Shown here in pieces: positions 9,243 to 15,826 of a stretch of DNA of 35,718 bases. The stretch is from Clostridia bacterium (GTDB lineage Bacteria; Bacillota; Clostridia; Christensenellales; CAG-138). The stretch is from the NCBI GenBank assembly GCA_017393775.1, contig JAFOQN010000064.1, forward strand, positions 1-35,718, written 5' to 3'. The translations under genes and the position numbers were made by a program. Within the stretch, counting starts at the first letter, position 1. Every line of letters starts with the position of its first letter. The notes beneath the pieces are model-generated. The model had not been told where the DNA came from and did not search any database. It saw only the letters and a program-made list of their open reading frames with translations.

Positions 9243-9396
9243 TTCCCATCCTCCTTAAATGCTCTTGCTGCGCTCCTTCTTCCAGGAGTTCGCTTATCCG
9301 TGCGTATGTATCGTTCTGTATCTCTGCAGATAAAGTCGGAAAATATTTTTGATAGCGGCTGATTGCCACCAGTTCTTCAGGCGTGTATTGACTCAT
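9229..9396 (-). pseudogene. Truncated gene remnant (55 aa), probably the N-terminus of a further ATC-hydrolase-type protein
   Basis: ATGA-coupled start with SD AAGGAG. Reads MSQYTPEELVAISRYQKYFPTLSAEIQNDTYARISELLEE, then runs into the next gene's RBS. Family assignment is recall only. Confidence 0.55.
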
Positions 9397-9986
9397 CTTG
9401 CTTTCTCCTTCCTAAATCTGAAGTACCCTTCCAGACCCAGGTCGCTGGTCTTATGAACTGTTGTAAATCCCCGCCGGTTGGCCTCCTCTTCAAATTCTTT
9501 GAGCGTAAAGAGGGCCTCTTCTGCGTGTCCCCAGTGCAGCAAGGCGTCCACAATATGGATGCAACGCTTCGACAGATCGGCGACGTAGATGCTCCCGCCA
9601 TCTCGCAGCACCCGGCGGCTTTCGTCAAAGAAGATCCGCCAGCCCTCCACGTGATGCAGGATGCAGAAATCCAGCACTGCGTCAAAGCTTCCGTCGGGAA
9701 AACGGCTCAGATCGTCTGCACTGCCCTCTACAAAGCATGCGCTGGGCAGGTTTCGCCCTCTGGCAATCTCCAGCTGCTCCGGCATGATGTCAAGCCCGGT
9801 ATAGCTGTGCGGCTGCTCTGCGGTGATCAGGGAGGCAGCGTAACCGTTGCCGCAGCCGCCCTCCAGAATGTCCAGCCCTTTTATGACAAGGCCGAATTTT
9901 TTAAAGGTCTTGAGTTCCATCTTCTCGATGTACCATTTCCGCCAGCCCATTTGCATGGCGTCAAATTCTTTCATGCTGAGTTTCAT
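9393..9986 (-). CDS. Class I SAM-dependent methyltransferase
   Basis: ILEGGCGNG, GLDIM, FDAVLDFCILHHV, RVLRDGG. ATGA-coupled start at 9986. Confidence 0.88.
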   Translation of the reverse strand: MKLSMKEFDAMQMGWRKWYIEKMELKTFKKFGLVIKGLDILEGGCGNGYAASLITAEQPHSYTGLDIMPEQLEIARGRNLPSACFVEGSADDLSRFPDGSFDAVLDFCILHHVEGWRIFFDESRRVLRDGGSIYVADLSKRCIHIVDALLHWGHAEEALFTLKEFEEEANRRGFTTVHKTSDLGLEGYFRFRKEKAR

Positions 9987-10591
9987 CTTATCACCTTCTT
10001 CATCACCGCTACGGCACAAGGGATACTCCCGTTCGCTAAAGTAATCTGCACGTCCGAATACCCGGCATCCCGGAAAAACCGTTCGTAGCTCTCCACGGTA
10101 AACTGCCGCTTGAAATCCGCCCCGGCTTTTTCGACCGCATTGGCAAAGCCGCTTGTTTTCCCTTTCGTGTCTTTATTCATGTAGGTCGGAATGATCAGCA
10201 TTCCGCCGTCTTTGCATACACGGTTCAGTTCATAAAGCGCCGCGAGCGGATTGTCCAGCAGGTGGATCACGTTGCCCGCTACGACCTTATCGAAGCTTCC
10301 GTCCGGATAGGACAGCGCGGTAATATCCGCCTTCGAAAACGTGATGCTTTGAAAAACAGCGCAGTTTTTCTTTGCCTTGTTCAGCATCTTTTCGGAATAA
10401 TCCGTCGCTGTCAGCTGTCTGCACTTCGGCGCGATCACCGCGCTTAACAGCCCCGTCCCACAGGCGCATTCCAGCACCGTATTATCAGGTTCAATCAGCG
10501 AAGATACGATCCTCTTCAGCTTCTGATGCGTCTTCCTGTTAATGACATTGACGAAAATGTCATATGCACCGGCCACATTATCCCAGAACAC
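9983..10591 (-). CDS. Class I SAM-dependent methyltransferase (first gene of the island operon)
   Basis: VLECACGTG, ATDYS, FDKVVAGNVIHLL. GTG start with SD AGGAGG. Confidence 0.9.
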   Translation of the reverse strand: MFWDNVAGAYDIFVNVINRKTHQKLKRIVSSLIEPDNTVLECACGTGLLSAVIAPKCRQLTATDYSEKMLNKAKKNCAVFQSITFSKADITALSYPDGSFDKVVAGNVIHLLDNPLAALYELNRVCKDGGMLIIPTYMNKDTKGKTSGFANAVEKAGADFKRQFTVESYERFFRDAGYSDVQITLANGSIPCAVAVMKKVIR

Positions 10592-10604
10592 TCTTTTGCC
10601 TCCT

Positions 10605-10620
10605 GTTAGCAGCAGCTAAC
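10605..10620. promoter_or_regulatory. Operator palindrome GTTAG-N6-CTAAC (site 2, next to the RBS)
   Basis: GTTAGCAGCAGCTAAC. A second copy lies 45 bp away. Confidence 0.75.
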
Positions 10621-10649
10621 CATTGCCCCGAAAGAAAAACCCGCGGCGG

Positions 10650-10665
10650 GTTAGTCCTCGCTAAC
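10650..10665. promoter_or_regulatory. Operator palindrome GTTAG-N6-CTAAC (site 1, over the transcription start)
   Basis: GTTAGTCCTCGCTAAC directly downstream of the -10 box. Confidence 0.75.
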
Positions 10666-10666
10666 T

Positions 10667-10695
10667 ATTATAGCTGATTGGTTGTCGTTTTTCAA
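10667..10695 (-). promoter_or_regulatory. Sigma-A promoter of the island operon
   Basis: The minus strand reads TTGAAA-17 nt-TATAAT. Confidence 0.85.
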
Positions 10696-10829
10696 TATGC
10701 GTCTGAAAAATGTTTGTCATAGATTCCTTTGGCTTGAGATGCCGCAAACGGATATTGCAAATAACATCATCTTTTTTCACTTTTCATAATCCGGAAAACC
10801 AGATACGGAGGGCGTTTCCGGTTCGAAAA

Positions 10830-10852
10830 TTTACTGTATTCTTTACTGTATT
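10830..10852. repeat. Tandem 11-bp direct repeat, candidate integrase arm-type site
   Basis: TTTACTGTATT at 10830-10840 and 10842-10852, about 140 bp inside the att site. Confidence 0.55.
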
Positions 10853-10990
10853 TTGGATATTTTTGCGTGTTTTTCACGGTCCGATTCGTCCAATCAGTAC
10901 CATCGTGTAAATCAAAAAAGTGCCTAAAATAGAGACTTTTCTTGGTTTTCCCAGCGTTTCTCGACTTTTCCGGATTTTGGATTTCGAGAA

Positions 10991-11035
10991 CTGTTAACCG
11001 AAGGGTTGTAAGTTCGAGTCTTACCTGGGGAGCCA
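10991..11035 (+). tRNA. tRNA-Asn(GTT) 3' fragment (att-site duplication, not a functional tRNA)
   Basis: Anticodon loop CTGTTAA, CCGAA, T-arm GTAAG-TTCGAGT-CTTAC, acceptor strand CTGGGGA-G-CCA. The upstream GAGAA cannot pair with CCGAA and there is no D-arm. Confidence 0.88.
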
Positions 11036-11040
11036 ATTGG

Positions 11041-11086
11041 AACAAATCCGAACCTGAAGCTTGTAGGCGATGGGTTCGGATTTGTT
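11041..11086. repeat. 14-bp perfect inverted repeat after the tRNA fragment (terminator or recombination-site-like)
   Basis: AACAAATCCGAACC-N18-GGTTCGGATTTGTT. Confidence 0.65.
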
Positions 11087-11133
11087 GTTTATCTCGGCGC
11101 TTCTGAAATAAAACCAAAACGGAGGAAAAAGAG

Positions 11134-11429
11134 ATGAACACGAATGAATTGGGTTGGATCGGACGATACGGCAAAAAATTGCTTGCCATGCTCAGGGAAC
11201 ATGATCCGGACAAGTACACTTCCTGCTGTTCGAGAGAAAGTCGCAAAAATACCTGCTCGCGCAGAACAAGTACATCAGCGAGCGCATTTGGGATCTGACG
11301 ATGAAACCGGCAAAGAAGAGCGGCATCAGCGAAGAACTGAAGCGCCGCGATCAGCTGCGATGGGTGCAGGAAGTCAATTCCTATCGGAATATGGCGGAAG
11401 AATCGGTGCCTGCCGAACACTTTGATTAA
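11134..11429 (+). pseudogene. tnpV: TnpV-family protein, frameshifted
   Basis: SD GGAGG, then MNTNELGWIGRYG...EHDPDKYT. After a 1-bp deletion near 11221 it continues LLFER..KYL...GISEELKRRDQLRWVQEVNSYRNMAEE, the TnpV C-terminal signature. Confidence 0.75.
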
Positions 11430-11441
11430 GAATCGATACAA

Positions 11442-11471
11442 AACAGCAGGTGGCAAACGCTTCCTGCTGTT
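11442..11471. terminator. Hairpin between convergent tnpV and gpx, likely intrinsic terminator
   Basis: AACAGCAGG...CCTGCTGTT stem with short T tracts. Confidence 0.6.
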
Positions 11472-11495
11472 CTTCTCTTTACAGTGTATTTCTTC

Positions 11496-12041
11496 TTAAA
11501 GAATTGCCTCGACAGCTTTTTTGACGTCCGCCATGTCGACGGTCGGCTCGAAACGGGCGATGACCTTGCCCTCGCGGTCGATCAGGAACTTCGTGAAGTT
11601 CCACTTGATATATGCTCTGTCGCCGAACTGCTTGTTGTTCATGTTCGCGAACTTTTCGAGCATGGCGTTCTTGATGCCCTTGCCGAAGCCCACGAACGGC
11701 TTTTCCGTCGCGAGGAACACGAACAGCGGATCGGCAGTCTCGCCGTTAACGTCGATCTTCTTAAACTGCGGGAAGTCCGTGCCGAATTTCAGCGTACAGA
11801 ACGAATGGATCTCTTCCTCGCTGCCGGGCGCCTGATTGGCAAATTGATTGCAGGGGAAATCGAGGATTTCGAACCCCTTGTCCTTGAGCTCCTTATACAT
11901 CGCCTCGAGCGGATCGTAATGCGGTGTGAAGCCGCAGCCCGTCGCTGTATTGACGATCAGCAAAACCTTGCCTGCATATTCCGAGAGACTGACGTCGTTT
12001 CCTTTTCTGTCCTTTACCGTGAAATCATAGACCGTTTTCAT
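11496..12041 (-). CDS. gpx: Glutathione peroxidase family protein (Cys-type)
   Basis: GKVLLIVNTATGCGFT, FPCNQF, IKWNFTKFL. ATG 12041 after SD AAGGGAG. Confidence 0.95.
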   Translation of the reverse strand: MKTVYDFTVKDRKGNDVSLSEYAGKVLLIVNTATGCGFTPHYDPLEAMYKELKDKGFEILDFPCNQFANQAPGSEEEIHSFCTLKFGTDFPQFKKIDVNGETADPLFVFLATEKPFVGFGKGIKNAMLEKFANMNNKQFGDRAYIKWNFTKFLIDREGKVIARFEPTVDMADVKKAVEAIL

Positions 12042-12074
12042 TCTTGATCTCCCTTCTGATTCATTATCGTAAGT

Positions 12075-12103
12075 ATTATACACAAGGCGATTCGGTATGT
12101 AAA
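12075..12103 (-). promoter_or_regulatory. Sigma-A promoter of gpx
   Basis: TTTACA-17 nt-TATAAT with an extended TG. Confidence 0.7.
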
Positions 12104-12201
12104 CTGTTTCCTGTCGGTTTGTCTCTTTCCGGAACCCGCGCGATTCTTTCATGAACATACGCCCGATAAGAGTCCTGCCGACGACCGGCAGGGCGCCGTA
12201 T

Positions 12202-12348
12202 TTACAATTCAAGCAGAAATGGATTATGTTCGAAGCGCTGCATCCTGGCTTTGATCTGTTCGGCAACGGAAAGCGTGTGTTCCCCTTCGAACGCGATCGT
12301 ATGGACCGTTCCCATGGCGGGGAACACTTTCTGAACGGAGGTCGTCAT
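12202..12348 (-). pseudogene. apbE: N-terminal remnant of an ApbE-like FAD:protein FMN transferase
   Basis: ATGA-coupled start reading MTTSVQKVFPAMGTVHTIAF (ApbE-like F.AMGT strand). Stops after 48 codons. Confidence 0.55.
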
Positions 12349-12761
12349 TCTTCCATCCTTTCGGTCCTGTGAAACAGGGAAATCAGATATGTCACGATGC
12401 CGCACACGACGAGCGCTCCGCCGGTGATCCAGTAGACGAGCGTCAGCGGATTGGTCGTACCATAGATCTCGAGCGCGCCCGAAACGAGACTGCCGACGGT
12501 CAGCGTCGCGATCCCCGCATGATACACGCCGCGGGCAAAGCGGTTCGGGTACGGCGCATGCAGCATCGTGATAAGCATGAGAGGCAGCACGCCGAGCATA
12601 AGCGGGAACACGAAGGCATAGATCATGCCGTAGGAATACACGCCGTGGCTGAACACTTCGTAGACCGCGCCGAAAGCCACGCAGAACAGGGTCGCAAAAA
12701 GGTCAATGAGAATCCGCTTTTGCTGCGGATTCAGCTTACGTGCCGTAACCAATGTACACAA
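12345..12761 (-). CDS. 4-TM membrane protein of unknown function
   Basis: FGAVYEVFSHGVYS, GIATLTVGS, LEIYGTTN. TTG start overlaps the NAGPA gene end, SD AAGGAG. Confidence 0.8.
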   Translation of the reverse strand: MCTLVTARKLNPQQKRILIDLFATLFCVAFGAVYEVFSHGVYSYGMIYAFVFPLMLGVLPLMLITMLHAPYPNRFARGVYHAGIATLTVGSLVSGALEIYGTTNPLTLVYWITGGALVVCGIVTYLISLFHRTERMEE

Positions 12762-13707
12762 TGTCGCTCACGCTCCTTTCGCTGGATCTGTTTTTGCCGT
12801 TAGCAGGGTTGTTGACGATATTTCCAAGAAACACCATGGATGAAGAGCCGCCGCCGTCGAGATTGTAGGCGGTTTGTGCCCCGAGCGACTGCAAAAACGC
12901 CGCGAGTTCATGGAGGGAAAGTCCGTCGCTCTCGCTCGTACGTCCGTCCGCAACGACGAACAGATAATGCCCGTTTTCCAAAGTTCCGATCGCCGTCCGC
13001 GGATTGCTCGCCATCGCCCTTCCTACCTCTTCTTTTTCCGTAACGGCAATCTCGCCGTTCTCAACAAGCGCGGGTCCGAAAGACAATACGTTCCGGGCGC
13101 CGGACGCAAGCAGTTCCTCTGCCGTAATGTCATCCTCGCTGATGATGCGGAACGTACCATCCGCGTAGATCACCAGGTCCTCGCTGCCGCTTGATGTGTT
13201 GCGGTACAGCACGCCGTTGCGGATCACATAGCCGGACCGCTGTGCGCCGTAGTAATCGCCGTTGATCGCAAGGATCGCGTTGACCGAAGCCGCCATCGTC
13301 GAAGTCTTTTCCGTTATGTTGCGTCCATAGGTGTTTTCGGCAAGCGCCGTCTTCAGATAGTCCGCCGAGGAAAGCTCAATATCCGCAACGTAGACCGTCG
13401 TTTCGAGCAGGCGATATGTCGTAAGCTGTACGAAGATATTCTCATCCGAATAGGTCGTATCGGTCGTGACCGCTTCCGCCGTCAGAGACGTTTCGGCCGG
13501 TTCCTCCGCCGCTTCGGGTTCTTTCGCAGCGATCGTGATCATTTCCGTTTCCTCCGCGTTTTGTATGACGGCTGCTTTTGTATCCGGTTCGCTTGCGGCG
13601 GTTGCATAAACGCGCTTGATCAAAAACGTATCCGCCAGAAGATAGCCGGTGAACAGAAAAAGCGCCAGCCCGAACAGGACCGCAAAACCGTACCTGGGTA
13701 TCTTCAT
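12736..13707 (-). CDS. Membrane-anchored phosphodiester glycosidase (NAGPA/EpsL-like)
   Basis: N-terminal TM helix, LAINGDYY, SFGPAL, NPRTAIG, ADGR, AYNLDGGGSS. Confidence 0.9.
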   Translation of the reverse strand: MKIPRYGFAVLFGLALFLFTGYLLADTFLIKRVYATAASEPDTKAAVIQNAEETEMITIAAKEPEAAEEPAETSLTAEAVTTDTTYSDENIFVQLTTYRLLETTVYVADIELSSADYLKTALAENTYGRNITEKTSTMAASVNAILAINGDYYGAQRSGYVIRNGVLYRNTSSGSEDLVIYADGTFRIISEDDITAEELLASGARNVLSFGPALVENGEIAVTEKEEVGRAMASNPRTAIGTLENGHYLFVVADGRTSESDGLSLHELAAFLQSLGAQTAYNLDGGGSSSMVFLGNIVNNPANGKNRSSERSVSDIVYIGYGT

Positions 13708-13735
13708 TTTCGTCACCTCTCTTTTTCTTGCCTTC

Positions 13736-13767
13736 ATCATACGCTGTCAACCCTAAACGAACCTAAA
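13736..13767 (-). promoter_or_regulatory. OmpR/CiaR-like direct-repeat box plus -10
   Basis: TTTAGG-TTCG-TTTAGG-N10-TATGAT. The same layout occurs at 19434-19465. Confidence 0.6.
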
Positions 13768-13839
13768 TAGATAAAATTTATGATGTATTTTTCGAAAAAA
13801 TATGATATGATTTGAAAAAGCAGTTTCGGGGGGAGCGGT

Positions 13840-14514
13840 ATGCGCTTATTATTTGCGGAGGATGAGAGATCCCTGTCGCGCGCGGTCTGTGCAATCCTTA
13901 AAAAGAACAACTATTCCGTCGACGCGGTCTACAACGGCGCGGACGCGCTGGATTATCTTGGGACCGAAAACTACGACGGCGTGATCCTCGACGTGATGAT
14001 GCCCAAAGTGGACGGATTCACGGTCTTAAAGCGCATGCGCGAAGCCGGAAACAAGACGCCGGTGCTGATGCTGACTGCGCGTTCCGAGATCGACGACAAG
14101 GTATTCGGGCTCGATTCCGGTGCGAACGATTATCTCACAAAGCCGTTTGATACGAAGGAGCTTTTGGCCCGCATCCGCGTCATGACGCGGCGAAGCGAGA
14201 TTCAGGCCGATACAAGGCTCTCCGTCGGAAATCTGACTTTGGACGTCGCAACATATGATATGAAGGGTCCAGACGGGCAGTTCAAGCTTGTCGGGAAGGA
14301 GTTTCAGATGCTGGAAATGCTGATGCGCAATCCGAAGCGTCTGCTCTCCACCGATGCGTTCATGGATCGTATCTGGGGGTACGACAGCGAAGCCGAGCAG
14401 AATGTCGTCTGGGTCTATATCTCATATCTTCGAAAGAAACTGGAAGCCGTCGGCGCGAACGTCAAAATCAAGGCGCAGCGCGGTGTCGGGTATTATCTGG
14501 AGGTGTCGGAATGA
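13840..14514 (+). CDS. OmpR-family response regulator (CiaR-like)
   Basis: AEDE, ILDVMMP, LTAR, DYLTKPF, winged-helix VWVYISYLRKKL...RGVGY. Confidence 0.95.
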   Translation: MRLLFAEDERSLSRAVCAILKKNNYSVDAVYNGADALDYLGTENYDGVILDVMMPKVDGFTVLKRMREAGNKTPVLMLTARSEIDDKVFGLDSGANDYLTKPFDTKELLARIRVMTRRSEIQADTRLSVGNLTLDVATYDMKGPDGQFKLVGKEFQMLEMLMRNPKRLLSTDAFMDRIWGYDSEAEQNVVWVYISYLRKKLEAVGANVKIKAQRGVGYYLEVSE

Positions 14515-15767
14515 TCAAAAAACTCCAACGCAAGTTCGTATTTGCGGCCATGCTGTCGCTGCTGCTCGTGCTCGGACTTTTGATCGGGCTTATCAATGTC
14601 TTGAACTACCGCACCCTTGTGAAGGAAGCGGACGAGACGGTTTCGATGCTGGCGGAGATGGAAGGAAACGGAACAAACCAGTTTTCATTCGGCGACAAGA
14701 ACGCGCCGGAGCCGCACCTTGACGGAACCGGACACGGACAGCGTCGAGAGTTTCCCGGCGAACGTCCGTATCAGTCGCGCTACTTTTCGGTGACTCTGTC
14801 GGAATCCGGTGACGTCCTGGAATCCGATCTGAAAAACGTAGTGACCGTGGACGAGCAAACGGCTCTTGAAATGGCGAAAGCCGTTGCAAAGAAGGGACGC
14901 GGGAAAGGCTTTTCGGGCGACTACCGGTATCTGGGCATACCGCAGGACAGCGGAACACGCTGGATCTTTCTGAACCGTGAACGCGAGCTTTCGACCTTCC
15001 GCACCTTTTTGTGGACAGGCGTCGGTATTTCCGCAGCGGGCTTTTTCATGGTTTTTCTGCTGCTCATGCCGCTGTCGGCCCGGATCGTGCGTCCGATCGC
15101 GCAGAGTTATGAAAAACAAAAGCAGTTTATCACCGATGCCGGGCACGAGCTCAAGACGCCGATCACGATCATCCGCGCGGATACGGACGTACTCCTTGAG
15201 GATCTCCCCGGCAGCGAGTGGATCGCGGACATCCGTACGCAGACGGAACGGCTCAGTTCGCTGACCAACGACCTCATCTACCTTTCGCGTATGGAGGAAG
15301 AAGGTGCGAAGCCGCAGATGCTGGATTTCCCGCTTTCCGATGTCGTTTCCGACGAGACGCAACCCTTCCAATCGGTTGCCGTGACGCAGAACAAGACGTT
15401 TTCCGCGGACATCCAGCCGATGCTCACCCTCTGCGGTGACGAGAAATCGATCCGCAAGCTTGTTTCGATCCTTTTGGACAACGCCATGAAGTATTCGCCG
15501 GAGGGCGGCAGCATTGCTCTTTCTCTGAAAAGGACCGGCAGGCAGACGGTGCTTTCCGTGACGAACACCGCAGAAAATCTCGAAAAAGGCAGTCAGGACC
15601 AGCTATTCGACCGGTTCTACCGCGCCGACGCCTCACGCAATTCTGAGACCGGCGGATTCGGGCTCGGGCTTGCAATCGCCAAGGCGGTCGTCGAATCGCA
15701 CAAAGGAAAGATCCGCGCGAACTCGGACGGAGCGTCTCTGACCGTGGAAGCGACGTTTGCGGAATAA
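14511..15767 (+). CDS. Membrane sensor histidine kinase (CiaH-like)
   Basis: Two TM helices, FITDAGHELKTP H-box, LLDNAMKY, FDRFYR, GFGLGLAI. Confidence 0.95.
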   Translation: MIKKLQRKFVFAAMLSLLLVLGLLIGLINVLNYRTLVKEADETVSMLAEMEGNGTNQFSFGDKNAPEPHLDGTGHGQRREFPGERPYQSRYFSVTLSESGDVLESDLKNVVTVDEQTALEMAKAVAKKGRGKGFSGDYRYLGIPQDSGTRWIFLNRERELSTFRTFLWTGVGISAAGFFMVFLLLMPLSARIVRPIAQSYEKQKQFITDAGHELKTPITIIRADTDVLLEDLPGSEWIADIRTQTERLSSLTNDLIYLSRMEEEGAKPQMLDFPLSDVVSDETQPFQSVAVTQNKTFSADIQPMLTLCGDEKSIRKLVSILLDNAMKYSPEGGSIALSLKRTGRQTVLSVTNTAENLEKGSQDQLFDRFYRADASRNSETGGFGLGLAIAKAVVESHKGKIRANSDGASLTVEATFAE

Positions 15768-15779
15768 AACAGTGTATTT

Positions 15780-15813
15780 AAAACAGCTCCGGAATGTTCC
15801 GGAGCTGTTTTTT
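15780..15813. terminator. Bidirectional intrinsic terminator
   Basis: AAAACAGCTCCGGAA-TG-TTCCGGAGCTGTTTT between convergent genes. Confidence 0.85.
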
Positions 15814-15826
15814 CACTTGGTGGTAT

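Larger units (their letters stand above)
1..11035. mobile_element. Right end of an integrative genomic island inserted in tRNA-Asn (extends beyond the left edge of the window)
   Basis: A 3' tRNA-Asn fragment without a 5' half at 10991-11035, tandem direct repeats at 10830-10852, and accessory, paralog-rich, partly decayed cargo. No integrase is present in the window. Confidence 0.7.

Noticed and set aside
1-10591. Classical integron cassette array or CRISPR-like repeats
   Set aside because: Intergenic gaps are too short and share no attC-like palindrome or repeat other than SD sequences. No integron integrase or spaced repeat array was seen.
990-10591. Methyltransferases as DNA/RNA MTases of a defence or resistance system
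   Set aside because: There are no DPPY/NPPY or PC motifs and no nuclease partners. The motifs fit small-molecule class I methyltransferases.
10945-11035. Complete or intron-containing tRNA-Asn using TTCCCAG at about 10948 as the 5' acceptor strand
   Set aside because: There is no D-arm and the 5' anticodon stem does not pair. An att fragment is the simpler explanation.
10767-11456. 229-aa minus-strand ORF
   Set aside because: It spans the tRNA fragment (LAPQVRLELTTLRLT is the typical antisense-tRNA translation) and antisense tnpV, so it is spurious.
11496-12041. Selenocysteine in gpx, or a BtuE-like link to the cob operon
   Set aside because: The catalytic codon is TGC (Cys). The gene has its own promoter and lies about 8 kb from the cob genes.
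12160-12200. GC-rich hairpin CCTGCCG-ACGAC-CGGCAGG
   Set aside because: It lacks a convincing U-tract and matches no RNA family I recognise. It may be a weak terminator but is unsupported.
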